DNA from: Escherichia coli 042
Lineage (GTDB): Bacteria > Pseudomonadota > Gammaproteobacteria > Enterobacterales > Enterobacteriaceae
Reading direction: 5' to 3' (one strand)
NCBI RefSeq assembly: GCF_000027125.1
Contig: NC_017626.1
DNA length: 64,000 nt
In this document: piece after piece, positions 20,276-30,246 of the stretch
Layout of the letters: each line of letters opens with the position of its first letter
How positions within the stretch are numbered: the stretch's first letter is position 1
Notes under the pieces: generated by a model
Told to the model about the DNA's origin: nothing
Seen by the model: only the letters and a program-made list of their open reading frames with translations
Databases searched by the model: none
Translations under genes and position numbers: made by a program

Positions 20276-21499
20276 ATGTCAATTGACTTTACCCCAGGTA
20301 TGATAAATACATATCACGGCGATATTTATAACCGCACAACAGATACCGACAATGTTAAAACACCAGACACACCGATGTGGCCTTGTGATAATCAGGAAGA
20401 ACAGCAGCCCATTAATTTTTCATTGTCTGAAGAAGGATATAACGCTGAACAATTTGATTTAGCGCAACAACAACTCCAACAAATTAATGCGTACCACACG
20501 AACACCACATATACAAATGCAGACTACTCAAAAATTGTGGCTCAAATTGTAAGTCTTATTAATAACATTGAAACGATAAGTTCGACACCACTTACGCAAC
20601 AGACACAATCAATACTTAATCAGATTAATAACATTAGATACGAAAAGAATAAAAATTCTGAATGTCGAATCATTGTTGTCGCTAATCCTAAACCCGACAA
20701 GGCAATCATAACTAAAATTAGCGTAGAAGAGGGAATACCAGTAAGATTCAGTGTCCAAACCATGTTTTCAGATACTAATTTTATTACTGAACAACGAGCT
20801 GACTTACCGACTAATATAAAAGATATTCAAAGCCTGTATCAAAAAATGACGAAGTTATATATTGAGCACAGTGAAAATAAAAACAGGATGAAAGTCTTTG
20901 CCGGAACCAACTTTATTGATTTCAATATGACAGGACAGAACCTGTCCGGGTTCGTTCTAACCTTGTCAAGGTTTTATTTCGAAGATCTACTTAATATAAA
21001 TTTCACTGACGCAAATTTAGGTGACGCTATTTTTTCACATAAAGAACACCCTACCCCAAAATTATATAAAGACGAACAATACCTTGACAAACAAATCGAA
21101 GGTTTATTTTCAACATTATTAACCATTAATGACAACTTTTTACGAGCAAAAGCGGAAATTGCTTCGACAATAATTAAATTCTTAGAGGCCAGGATAACCA
21201 ATATTTCATACAATGACATATTAAAATATCAGAAAGAATTCCAAAAGCAATGTTATAAGCAAGTTAAAGCCTTTACGACACTCTCCCGATACAATAAAAT
21301 TCAAACATGGGCAGAAATGTCTGAATATCAATTCGAAGTATTTCAATACGAGATGCTTAACCCCAAAAAAATGTCATACGCACCTTATTTAAAGAGATCG
21401 CTACCTGATGAAAAAACTATAAATTATGGGGTGGAAATAGAAACACCAACTGGCAAAAGAATTCGCTTATCAAATCATTACCAGAATATAATCCCATAA
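20276..21499 (+). CDS. yhiS: YhiS, uncharacterised AT-rich protein (intact here)
   Basis: 407-aa ORF between ars and slp, AT-rich. It has a Q/N-rich N-terminal third and a short pentapeptide-repeat-like stretch ([13 protein letters not shown]...[13 protein letters not shown]). Confidence 0.75.
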   Translation: MSIDFTPGMINTYHGDIYNRTTDTDNVKTPDTPMWPCDNQEEQQPINFSLSEEGYNAEQFDLAQQQLQQINAYHTNTTYTNADYSKIVAQIVSLINNIETISSTPLTQQTQSILNQINNIRYEKNKNSECRIIVVANPKPDKAIITKISVEEGIPVRFSVQTMFSDTNFITEQRADLPTNIKDIQSLYQKMTKLYIEHSENKNRMKVFAGTNFIDFNMTGQNLSGFVLTLSRFYFEDLLNINFTDANLGDAIFSHKEHPTPKLYKDEQYLDKQIEGLFSTLLTINDNFLRAKAEIASTIIKFLEARITNISYNDILKYQKEFQKQCYKQVKAFTTLSRYNKIQTWAEMSEYQFEVFQYEMLNPKKMSYAPYLKRSLPDEKTINYGVEIETPTGKRIRLSNHYQNIIP

Positions 21500-21743
21500 T
21501 ATGAACATTAGCACTTTATAATCATTGAATAAAAATAGATTTTATGTACCTTTAAAAAAAGGCTATTTTATGGGGCGATGGATACTCATGTCACGCCCCA
21601 AAATTAACAGAATTAAACTAAACAGAAGGGATATAAACATCAGACAGGTTTACGTTACTATCAGGCATATCGCCTCAGAATCAGATGAAAACTATAAAGA
21701 AATATCTATTATGGTTTTAATATTTGTTGATAAGGATAGTAAC

Positions 21744-22310
21744 ATGAACATGACAAAAGGTGCACTCATCCTCAGCCTTTCATTTTTGCTTGCCGCATGT
21801 AGTTCAATTCCGCAAAATATCAAAGGCAATAACCAACCTGATATTCAAAAAAGTTTTGTTGCTGTTCATAACCAGCCGGGGTTATATGTTGGTCAACAAG
21901 CGCGCTTTGGCGGGAAGGTTATCAACGTTATCAATGGCAAAACGGATACGTTGTTAGAAATCGCTGTATTACCGTTGGATAGCTATGCGAAGCCTGATAT
22001 TGAAGCCAACTATCAGGGCCGACTGCTCGCCAGACAAAGCGGCTTCCTTGATCCAGTGAACTATCGTAATCACTTTGTTACCATCCTCGGTACCATTCAG
22101 GGTGAACAACCTGGCTTTATCAATAAAGTCCCGTATAACTTCCTCGAAGTGAATATGCAGGGCATCCAGGTGTGGCATTTGAGAGAAGTGGTTAATACCA
22201 CCTATAACCTGTGGGATTACGGCTATGGTGCATTCTGGCCGGAACCGGGCTGGGGTGCGCCTTACTACACCAACGCGGTGAGTCAGGTAACACCTGAGCT
22301 GGTCAAATAA
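21744..22310 (+). CDS. slp: starvation/acid-inducible outer-membrane lipoprotein Slp
   Basis: MNMTKGALILSLSFLLAACSS contains a lipobox (LAAC). The internal ATG gives 188 aa, so the track ORF is over-extended. Confidence 0.93.
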   Translation: MNMTKGALILSLSFLLAACSSIPQNIKGNNQPDIQKSFVAVHNQPGLYVGQQARFGGKVINVINGKTDTLLEIAVLPLDSYAKPDIEANYQGRLLARQSGFLDPVNYRNHFVTILGTIQGEQPGFINKVPYNFLEVNMQGIQVWHLREVVNTTYNLWDYGYGAFWPEPGWGAPYYTNAVSQVTPELVK

Positions 22311-22321
22311 CACCACCGAAA

Positions 22322-22350
22322 GATGCAGATGCTTTCTCAGCATCTGCATC
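22322..22350 (+). terminator. hairpin after slp (partial terminator before dctR)
   Basis: 12-bp perfect stem gatgcagatgct-ttctc-agcatctgcatc with no T-run. Confidence 0.5.
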
Positions 22351-22462
22351 ATGCATTACATCAAATTAATACACAGCCAGCTAACTATTATTATAAGCCC
22401 TGTCCTGTTAATTACCTTTGGCAAACTGATTATAAAGTTAATGTCCGCACCAGGAGTCGGTT

Positions 22463-22993
22463 ATGTTTCTTATAATTACCAGGGATACGATGTTCTTCAC
22501 TGCGATGAAAAACATTCTGAGTAAAGGTAATGTCGTTCATATACAGAACGAAGAAGAGATCGACGTAATGTTGCATCAGCATGCCTTCGTCATTATTGAT
22601 ACATTAATGAATAATGTATTTCATTCTAATTTGCTCACTCAAATTGAACGATTAAAACCTGTCCATGTGATTATTTTCTCCCCCTTTAATATTAAACGCT
22701 GCCTGGGGAAAGTACCGGTGACCTTTGTTCCGCGAACTATCACCATCATCGACTTTGTCGCACTCATCAATGGCAGTTACTGCTCTGTGCCTGAAGCGGA
22801 TGTGTCCCTTTCGCGCAAGCAGCATCAGGTTCTGAGCTGCATTGCGAATCAAATGACAACGGAAGATATTCTGGAGAAACTGAAAATATCGCTAAAAACG
22901 TTCTACTGCCATAAACACAATATCATGATGATCCTCAATCTTAAGCGGATCAATGAGTTGGTACGCCATCAGCATATTGATTATCTGGTGTGA
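22463..22993 (+). CDS. dctR: LuxR-family regulator DctR (YhiF)
   Basis: 176 aa with a C-terminal LuxR HTH (LSRKQHQVLSCIANQMTTEDILEKLKISLKTFYCHKHNIM). Confidence 0.93.
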   Translation: MFLIITRDTMFFTAMKNILSKGNVVHIQNEEEIDVMLHQHAFVIIDTLMNNVFHSNLLTQIERLKPVHVIIFSPFNIKRCLGKVPVTFVPRTITIIDFVALINGSYCSVPEADVSLSRKQHQVLSCIANQMTTEDILEKLKISLKTFYCHKHNIMMILNLKRINELVRHQHIDYLV

Positions 22994-23053
22994 TCGATTG
23001 ATTAATATAAAGAGGCCCAGCAATAAATAGCCAGACCTCCCGTTAATTATACG

Positions 23054-24082
23054 TTATGCAGTAACGACTTCCGGTATCAGCGAAGCAATTTGCTTACGCC
23101 ATTGCGCTTGCTCCTGTTCGCCTTCTGTACGTTGACCATAAAGTTGCGCTATCTGCGTACCATCATGGGCAAACAATTCCAGACTGGTCACATAACCGTC
23201 ACTAGCAGGCTTACGGGTTACCCAGGTTTCAGCAATGCTCTCTTCTAATAGATGAAGAGTAAACGTCGGGTTAAAAATATTCAGCCAACCTTTCAGTGGC
23301 ACCACTTTTTCTACCACGCCAGTGAAAATCTGTACGCAGCCACGGTTGCCAACAAACACCATGATTTCATTACCATCCTGCTGTGCAGATTCAAGAATTT
23401 GCGCCAACGCACTGTTGGATACTTTGCAGGCCAAATCGTCTGCCACCAGATTGAACGCCTGTTGGCGCGTCAGGTTGTGGCGCTTGAGCAACGTAAAAAA
23501 CTGATGAACGTCGGTCATCGCCCGCCACTCTTGCTCGACCACACTGGCATCGGCTCGCATTTGAACGACTGGCGCATCAACGGCTTTTAACTCAAGCGGC
23601 GTATTCTCATCGGTGATAAACCGTGCCAGAAGCTCACTCCATGCCGCCATATCGGTATTGTCGGTGGCATAAACTTTTAGTAATGCATCGCCCTGATGAT
23701 CAAAGAACTGAATACTCTGGCGTTCGCCACGAGTCGTATTTTCTTTAATGTGAAAAACACTGGCCCATTGATTGAGAAACAGACGCAAATCCAGCGCGCG
23801 TGGATTGAGGATCAATCCGGCATGTCCGTTCAAATGCTGGTTTGTGAACGCACCAACTTGCTCATGGACTGCATATTCATTACGGCAAATACATTTGGTC
23901 TCGCCAACACTTTCGAGCGCCGCCAGAATGTCACGGATATCGCCGCACATCCGCCACGCATCGTGCGTGACGCGCGCAAATGCCAGTTCTGCTTCGCTAA
24001 TATTCATTAAACCTGCGATGTCACGCGCGTACTTTCCGGGATTTTGTTCTTTTAACTCAAGCCAGCGTGTGTAGTGGTTCAT
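23054..24082 (-). CDS. chuS: heme-degrading/heme oxygenase-like protein ChuS
   Basis: MNHYTRWLELKEQNPGKYARDIAGLMNI... The internal ATG gives 342 aa. Confidence 0.92.
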   Translation of the reverse strand: MNHYTRWLELKEQNPGKYARDIAGLMNISEAELAFARVTHDAWRMCGDIRDILAALESVGETKCICRNEYAVHEQVGAFTNQHLNGHAGLILNPRALDLRLFLNQWASVFHIKENTTRGERQSIQFFDHQGDALLKVYATDNTDMAAWSELLARFITDENTPLELKAVDAPVVQMRADASVVEQEWRAMTDVHQFFTLLKRHNLTRQQAFNLVADDLACKVSNSALAQILESAQQDGNEIMVFVGNRGCVQIFTGVVEKVVPLKGWLNIFNPTFTLHLLEESIAETWVTRKPASDGYVTSLELFAHDGTQIAQLYGQRTEGEQEQAQWRKQIASLIPEVVTA

Positions 24083-24102
24083 TGTCTCTCTTCCTTCCAT
24101 AT

Positions 24103-24125
24103 AAATGCCCCGAAATATCGGGGCA
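24103..24125 (-). terminator. intercistronic hairpin with T-tract between chuA and chuS
   Basis: On the minus strand, tgccccg-atattt-cggggca is followed by tttat. Confidence 0.5.
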
Positions 24126-24130
24126 GATGA

Positions 24131-26113
24131 TTACCATTGATAACTCACGAAAATTTTTCCATTACGACCATCCTGTGGGATGCCTTGTGGCGACCAGTAC
24201 TCTTTGTCGAAAGCGTTACCCAACACCAAAGTAGTGGTCATACCTTTGAGCGCCTGCTGCCCTTGATAACTGACGTAGAAATCATTCACGCCATAGCCTG
24301 GTTGTTTGCTGTAACTGCTGCTGATATGTGTTGAGCGATCGGCAAACGTACCAACCCACCCAACAGAGAAGCCACTGTGAGCGATCGGAATATTCAGGGT
24401 GCTGGTAACGGTATCCGGGTTAATACTGGAGATATATTCGCCGGTATCGGTGTCTTTGCCGCGGGTACGGTTATAGGCCACATCAAGGCTAAACAGATCA
24501 GTGGTATATTTCGTCATCACATCCCAACCCCAGATTTTGGCGTTCGGGACGTTATACGACATAGTTGTCGCCGCCGCGAAATCGACGGTCGTGGAGATGT
24601 AATCCTTCGCTTTGGTATCAAAGTAGCTGGCTTTAAATTCCAGAGCATCATTGGACAACATCAGATCATCAAAACGCAGCCCAAAACCGTACTCCTGAGT
24701 TTCGTTAGTTTCCGGACGTAAGTTCGGGTTTGGCACCCAATAGTTGGTATAGAAGCGACCAATCGAGAAGTGCTTAGAATCGTTATACATTTCGCCCATC
24801 GTCGGGGCGCGGAATGCCTGGGCATATGAGCCAAATAACATCAGCCAGTTAGCCGGGTTGATAGTCATCCCCGCGCGAGATGACCATTTGTCGGCATCAA
24901 CATCTTTGTAGCCGTCGCTGCTACCGCGATAACTGTCATAGCGGGTTCCGCCAAGCAGGGTAATCGGCAGATCGCGTAAGGTGATCTCATCCTGTAGCCA
25001 GCCGGAGCTAAAATCGATTTTTGCTTGCGGGAAGCCCGTCGTCGCGCCGCCCGGATGTTGTTCCTGACGATAATACTCACCGCCATATGTCAGTAAGTGA
25101 GAAGCGAAACTGTCGGCAAATAGAGTGGAACGGTTCTCCAGTTTGGCTCCTTTTGTTATCTGTTCACGATACTCGCCGGAACTCCCCGTGTTTTGCGCAT
25201 TAATACGGACTTCCGACCAGTAAATTTTTGCATCTGCATTTAACCAGTCGTTGCCCTGCGGGGCGAGTTTATAAGAAAGCTGCGCATCGCGTTGAATTGT
25301 TGAACGATCAACCATCGGGTTGCTGCTATCAGAAGCTTCAACGGTCTGCGGATTTTTTGGTTCACGCGCGTCGTTGTTGTAGTAACGCACTAAACCGCTC
25401 AGAGACTGGGCTGAATCAATTTGCCAGGTCCCTTTCGCCAGCATGTTATTAATGGACTCGTCATTCGGCGCGGTTTCACCATTGCTCTGGCGTAAATCAC
25501 CCCGATCGCGACTGGACCAGGCCACAATACCATCCAGATTTTCAGTTCGCCCAAACGCGCTCGCGCCTAATCCCAGGCTATGGTCCCCCGTGCCGCCAGT
25601 ACCAAAGACACGAAAACCACTACTTTGTCCTTCCTGCAATAAATCTTTTGCATCGACCGTATCGTAGGAGATCACCCCACCCAGCGCGCCACTGCCATAC
25701 AGTAATGCTGAAGGTCCGCGAACAATCTCAACACGCTTGATCAGCGCCGGATCAAGAAAAGTACCATTCAGGTGTCCGGTATCCGTTCCCTGGCGAACAC
25801 CATCGACAAGAACCAGCACGCCGCGATGATCATAGCCACGCATATTTACATCCTGACCGTTGGTTCGTCCGGTACCATCAAGAGTAATTCCAGGAACATG
25901 ACGCAGCAGATCGGTGGCTGAAGTAGCCGTTTGATTTTCAGGAGCGGAAGTGTCGATGACGCTGACCATCATAGGCGCTTCGAAGGAACTACGGGCATTC
26001 CCCGTTGCCGTAACGGTCATGGTTTCAGTAGCAAAAGCAAACGTTGGCAAGGTGGCAGAAACAGCCAAAGCCAACAAACTCAAACGCAACGAGGTAAATT
26101 GCGGACGTGACAT
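24131..26113 (-). CDS. chuA: TonB-dependent outer-membrane heme/hemoglobin receptor ChuA
   Basis: 660 aa with a signal peptide, a TonB-box-like ETMTVTA and a C-terminal ...FVSYQW beta-barrel terminus. Confidence 0.95.
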   Translation of the reverse strand: MSRPQFTSLRLSLLALAVSATLPTFAFATETMTVTATGNARSSFEAPMMVSVIDTSAPENQTATSATDLLRHVPGITLDGTGRTNGQDVNMRGYDHRGVLVLVDGVRQGTDTGHLNGTFLDPALIKRVEIVRGPSALLYGSGALGGVISYDTVDAKDLLQEGQSSGFRVFGTGGTGDHSLGLGASAFGRTENLDGIVAWSSRDRGDLRQSNGETAPNDESINNMLAKGTWQIDSAQSLSGLVRYYNNDAREPKNPQTVEASDSSNPMVDRSTIQRDAQLSYKLAPQGNDWLNADAKIYWSEVRINAQNTGSSGEYREQITKGAKLENRSTLFADSFASHLLTYGGEYYRQEQHPGGATTGFPQAKIDFSSGWLQDEITLRDLPITLLGGTRYDSYRGSSDGYKDVDADKWSSRAGMTINPANWLMLFGSYAQAFRAPTMGEMYNDSKHFSIGRFYTNYWVPNPNLRPETNETQEYGFGLRFDDLMLSNDALEFKASYFDTKAKDYISTTVDFAAATTMSYNVPNAKIWGWDVMTKYTTDLFSLDVAYNRTRGKDTDTGEYISSINPDTVTSTLNIPIAHSGFSVGWVGTFADRSTHISSSYSKQPGYGVNDFYVSYQGQQALKGMTTTLVLGNAFDKEYWSPQGIPQDGRNGKIFVSYQW

Positions 26114-26117
26114 AGCG

Positions 26118-26135
26118 ATTCTCCATGAGGAAAAT
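26118..26135 (-). promoter_or_regulatory. FourU-type hairpin occluding the chuA Shine-Dalgarno (RNA thermometer)
   Basis: The minus strand reads AUUUUCC-UCAU-GGAGAAU, so UUUU pairs with the GGAGA SD. The hairpin ends 4 nt before the ATG. Confidence 0.65.
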
Positions 26136-26402
26136 AAAAAATGCTGGCTGCCTGGGTTAATACCGGGGTGGCTGGCGAAAAATAAATTTATTTAAAATTC
26201 AGAGCGATAATATTCGCCGGGTGAGTTTACAGGCGTTTATATCCCATGAAATTGCCTGGTATCTCGGCAAATACGCAAAAGCACGCCCTCTTTGTCAGGC
26301 AAAACGATATGCCCCATCAGGAGTGAAGAGCGCTGTGCGTTACCCCTTGTAAATGATATGGCTTTGTTATCCATATGGCCGTATTTTGTTAAATGCAAAC
26401 GT

Positions 26403-26421
26403 GATAATGAGAATTATTATC
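26403..26421. promoter_or_regulatory. Fur box (chuA promoter)
   Basis: gataatgagaattattatc versus the consensus GATAATGATAATCATTATC. It lies ~290 nt upstream of the chuA ATG. Confidence 0.8.
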
Positions 26422-26754
26422 GATCAATTTTTTATGATCAAGCTTTTTTTTAACCGCCATTAACACAATAAACAGAGGGTTATGAAACTTATCCTGCGCC
26501 CTGGAAACCACTTTATTTTTATGGTTATTCCCCCATGACCTCATCACTAAACTTTGTCGTTAACAGTGATAATTTTCTCTTCGCTTTGCTCTGCAAGCCT
26601 CGATATCTCTGGGTTCTCAGCTTTTTCCCGCGCTGAAATTTAGTCGGTAACAAGAACGTTAGCTGACGAAGCATCTTGATAAAAATCAAAAATAAATACG
26701 CTTGTAACGCCTTGCGTATTGAATCGACGGTTGTATTTCATATATAACTCAAAT

Positions 26755-26773
26755 GATAATCATGATCATTCTC
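26755..26773. promoter_or_regulatory. Fur box (chuT promoter)
   Basis: gataatcatgatcattctc overlaps a GATAAT -10-like hexamer, with TTGTAT 18 bp upstream. Confidence 0.75.
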
Positions 26774-26796
26774 AATTTGATAAGAGTTCTCATATT

Positions 26797-27711
26797 ATGC
26801 CAAGGATCATCACCAGGCCGTTTCTTTTTTCCCCACTGACGTTATGTATTTCAGCCGTGGCCTCTGCTGCGAAGACCGCGGTAAAACGAAAAAAATTGTT
26901 TACGGCAGTACTGGCTCTTAGCTGGGCTTTTAGCGTAACGGCTGCCGAACGTATCGTGGTCGCAGGAGGATCGCTGACGGAGCTAATCTACGCGATGGGC
27001 GCTGGCGAACGCGTGGTTGGTGTCGATGAAACGACATCTTATCCACCAGAAACCGCCAAACTGCCGCATATTGGCTACTGGAAACAACTCAGCAGCGAAG
27101 GCATTTTGTCACTTCGCCCGGATAGCGTAATTACCTGGCAGGATGCCGGGCCACAAATTGTGCTCGACCAACTACGAGCGCAGAAAGTCAACGTCGTCAC
27201 CCTGCCGCGTGTGCCTGCCACCCTTGAGCAGATGTACGCCAACATTCGCCAACTGGCAAAAACGTTACAGGTTCCTGAACAAGGGGACGCGCTGGTGACA
27301 CAAATCAGCCAACGCCTGGAGCGAGTACAGCAAAACGTGGCGGCCAAAAAAGCCCCGGTTAAAGCCATGTTTATTCTCTCCGCAGGCGGAAGTGCGCCAC
27401 AGGTTGCCGGTAAAGGCAGCGTCGCGGACGCCATTCTTTCGCTTGCCGGAGCAGAAAACGTCGCTACCCACCAGCAGTACAAAAGCTACAGCGCGGAATC
27501 GCTGATTGCGGCTAACCCTGAAGTGATTGTCGTAACCTCACAAATGGTCGATGGCGATATTAATCGGCTACGTTCTATTGCCGGAATTACCCACACTGCC
27601 GCATGGAAAAACCAGCGCATTGTCACCGTTGATCAAAACCTGATTCTGGGAATGGGTCCGCGTATTGCTGATGTCGTTGAGTCTTTACACCAGCAGCTTT
27701 GGCCGCAATAA
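26797..27711 (+). CDS. chuT: periplasmic heme-binding protein ChuT
   Basis: Class III periplasmic-binding-protein-like sequence (ERIVVAGGSLTELIYAMGA...). The start is uncertain. The ATG at 26797 is chosen because the track start (TTG at 26719) lies upstream of the Fur box and promoter. Confidence 0.85.
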   Translation: MPRIITRPFLFSPLTLCISAVASAAKTAVKRKKLFTAVLALSWAFSVTAAERIVVAGGSLTELIYAMGAGERVVGVDETTSYPPETAKLPHIGYWKQLSSEGILSLRPDSVITWQDAGPQIVLDQLRAQKVNVVTLPRVPATLEQMYANIRQLAKTLQVPEQGDALVTQISQRLERVQQNVAAKKAPVKAMFILSAGGSAPQVAGKGSVADAILSLAGAENVATHQQYKSYSAESLIAANPEVIVVTSQMVDGDINRLRSIAGITHTAAWKNQRIVTVDQNLILGMGPRIADVVESLHQQLWPQ

Positions 27712-27730
27712 ATGGATTTAAATCAGACGA

Positions 27731-29068
27731 ATGAACACAAATAACACCCTGGATCTCACGCCACATTTTGCTTTAGACGGTGATCAGCCATTTAAAGACA
27801 GGCGCGCCATGATGCCGTTTCGTGGGGCCATTCCAGTTGCCAAAGAGCAACTGGCACAGACCTGGCAAGAGATGCTCAATCAAACGGTATCACCACGTAA
27901 GCGACTGGTTTATCTACACATTCCTTTTTGTGCAACACACTGCACGTTTTGTGGTTTTTATCAGAACCGTTTTAATGAAGATGCGTGTGCTCATTATACC
28001 GACGCCCTGATTCGTGAAATAGAAATGGAAGCGGACAGCGTATTGCATCAGTCAGCCCCCATCCACGCGGTCTATTTCGGTGGCGGCACGCCTTCCGCGC
28101 TTTCGGCACACGATTTGGCCAGAATTATCACCACATTACGAGAAAAGCTGCCACTGGCCCCTGATTGTGAAATCACTATCGAAGGCCGGGTACTGAATTT
28201 TGACGCTGAGCGAATCGATGCTTGCCTTGATGCAGGAGCAAACCGCTTCTCAATTGGTATTCAGTCGTTTAACAGCAAAATCCGCAAGAAAATGGCCCGC
28301 ACCTCGGATGGCCCAACCGCCATTGCGTTTATGGAAAGCCTGGTCAAACGCGACCGTGCAGCGGTGGTCTGTGACCTGCTGTTTGGCCTGCCGGGTCAGG
28401 ATGCGCAAACCTGGGGAGAAGATCTGACTATTGCCCGCGATATCGGTCTCGACGGCGTCGATCTCTATGCGCTCAATGTCCTGCCCAATACACCGCTGGG
28501 CAAAGCCGTGGAAAATGGGCGCACTACCGTGCCCTCTCCGGCAGAACGTCGCGATCTTTATCTGCAAGGGTGTGATTTTATGGACGATGCCGGTTGGCGC
28601 TGCATCAGTAACAGCCACTGGGGCCGTACCACACGCGAACGCAATCTCTATAACCTGCTGATAAAACAAGGTGCCGATTGTCTGGCCTTTGGTTCCGGAG
28701 CCGGCGGTTCGATTAATGGTTACTCCTGGATGAACGAACGCAATCTGCAGACCTGGCATGAATCCGTCGCGGCAGGCAAAAAACCGCTGATGATGATCAT
28801 GCGTAACGCCGAACGTAATGCGCAATGGCGTCATACCTTGCAGTCAGGTGTTGAAACAGCGCGTGTACCGCTGGATGAACTTACGCCACATGCCGAAAAA
28901 CTCGCGCCGTTACTGGCTCAATGGCACCAAAAAGGCTTAAGCCGCGATGCGTCAACTTGCCTGCGGCTGACTAATGAAGGTCGTTTCTGGGCAAGCAATA
29001 TTTTGCAGTCTCTTAATGAACTAATTCAGGTACTTAATGCGCCAGCGATTGTGCGTGAAAAACCATAA
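27731..29068 (+). CDS. chuW: radical-SAM heme-degrading methyltransferase ChuW (HemN-like)
   Basis: 445 aa with the CxxxCxxC cluster motif (FCATHCTFCGFY). Confidence 0.92.
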   Translation: MNTNNTLDLTPHFALDGDQPFKDRRAMMPFRGAIPVAKEQLAQTWQEMLNQTVSPRKRLVYLHIPFCATHCTFCGFYQNRFNEDACAHYTDALIREIEMEADSVLHQSAPIHAVYFGGGTPSALSAHDLARIITTLREKLPLAPDCEITIEGRVLNFDAERIDACLDAGANRFSIGIQSFNSKIRKKMARTSDGPTAIAFMESLVKRDRAAVVCDLLFGLPGQDAQTWGEDLTIARDIGLDGVDLYALNVLPNTPLGKAVENGRTTVPSPAERRDLYLQGCDFMDDAGWRCISNSHWGRTTRERNLYNLLIKQGADCLAFGSGAGGSINGYSWMNERNLQTWHESVAAGKKPLMMIMRNAERNAQWRHTLQSGVETARVPLDELTPHAEKLAPLLAQWHQKGLSRDASTCLRLTNEGRFWASNILQSLNELIQVLNAPAIVREKP

Positions 29069-29080
29069 CAGGAGTGATTT

Positions 29081-29575
29081 ATGAGCCATGTCTCGTTACA
29101 AGAATTTTTGAAAACGGAGCCGGACGGTACGCTGGAGGTGGTAGCCGAACAATACAACACCACACTGCTGGAAGTAGTGAAAAATCTGCCCTCCTCTACC
29201 ATAGTGTCAGGCGATAAATTCGATACTGTCTGGGATACCGTCTGCGAATGGGGCAACGTCACCACGTTAGTACATACTGCCGATGTCATCCTCGAATTTA
29301 GCGGCGAACTGCCTTCGGGTTTCCACCGCCACGGCTATTTCAACCTACGCGGAAAGCACGGCATGTCCGGGCATATCAAAGCAGAAAACTGCACACATAT
29401 TGCCTTGATCGGACGTAAATTTATGGGCATGGACACCGCATCCATTCTCTTTTTCAACAAAGAAGGCAGCGCAATGCTGAAAATCTTCCTCGGCAGGGAT
29501 GACCATCGTCAGCTCCTGAGCGAACAAGTCAGCGCCTTCCATGCTCTGGCAGCATCGTTAAAGGAACACGCCTGA
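29081..29575 (+). CDS. chuX: heme-binding protein ChuX
   Basis: 164 aa. Identified by its position in the chu operon and recognised sequence. Confidence 0.88.
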   Translation: MSHVSLQEFLKTEPDGTLEVVAEQYNTTLLEVVKNLPSSTIVSGDKFDTVWDTVCEWGNVTTLVHTADVILEFSGELPSGFHRHGYFNLRGKHGMSGHIKAENCTHIALIGRKFMGMDTASILFFNKEGSAMLKIFLGRDDHRQLLSEQVSAFHALAASLKEHA

Positions 29576-30198
29576 TGACGCCGTGGCTACTCTTTGGCGC
29601 AGGCGGAAAAGGTATGGGTGCCAGAACGCTTGAACTGGCGCTGGCGGAACAACGTCCGGTCGTTGCTGTCGTTCGTCATGCCGATGCCGCTACGAAACTG
29701 GCGCAACAAGGCGTACAGGTTTTTACAGGCGACGCCTGTGATGCCAGCGTAGTCGCGAATGCTTGCCGCGCAGCTGGCCCGGATGCGCTTATCATCTCAA
29801 CAATGGGCGGAGCTCAGGATTATCTGGCGCACAGAACAGTGATTGATGAGGCCGAAAAGGCCGGCATCAGTCGCATGATTCTGGTGACCTCTTTGGGATG
29901 CGGCGATAGCTGGCCGTTTTTATCGGAGCGGGCAAAGGCTGCGTTTGGTCAGGCGGTACGGGAAAAAACGCTGGCGGAAAGCTGGTTGCAAACCAGCCAG
30001 CTTGATTACGCCATTCTCCGCCCTGGCGGTCTGCTTGATGGGGCGGCAACGGGCAAAGCACAACGGATACAAAATCAGGAGTGTCATGGTTTTGTTCACC
30101 GTGCCGATGTCGCCGCACATATCCATGAACTGGCAAATGCGCCAGCACTTAACCAGCAGGTCTACAGTCTGATTGAACCGGACCTGAAACCGGCGTGA
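29575..30198 (+). CDS. chuY: NAD(P)H-dependent reductase ChuY (anaerobilin reductase)
   Basis: 207 aa with a Rossmann-like N-terminus (LFGAGGKGMGA). Its start overlaps the chuX stop (TGATG). Confidence 0.88.
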   Translation: MTPWLLFGAGGKGMGARTLELALAEQRPVVAVVRHADAATKLAQQGVQVFTGDACDASVVANACRAAGPDALIISTMGGAQDYLAHRTVIDEAEKAGISRMILVTSLGCGDSWPFLSERAKAAFGQAVREKTLAESWLQTSQLDYAILRPGGLLDGAATGKAQRIQNQECHGFVHRADVAAHIHELANAPALNQQVYSLIEPDLKPA

Positions 30199-30246
30199 TA
30201 CCCCGGCGCGGCATGTCCGCGCCGTAATGTCGTAACGGAGTTTTGC

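Noticed and set aside
21525-21743. 73-codon extension upstream of slp in the track ORF
   Set aside because: The recognised Slp lipoprotein signal peptide starts at 21744. The upstream part is AT-rich leader.
26481-26534. 17-codon ORF (MKLILRPGNHFIFMVIPP) with AGAGGG upstream in the chuA-chuT intergenic region
   Set aside because: It lies between the two Fur-regulated promoters with no promoter of its own. It is too short to evaluate without conservation data.
28250-28834. 194-aa ORF antisense to chuW
   Set aside because: This is a shadow ORF inside a recognised radical-SAM gene.
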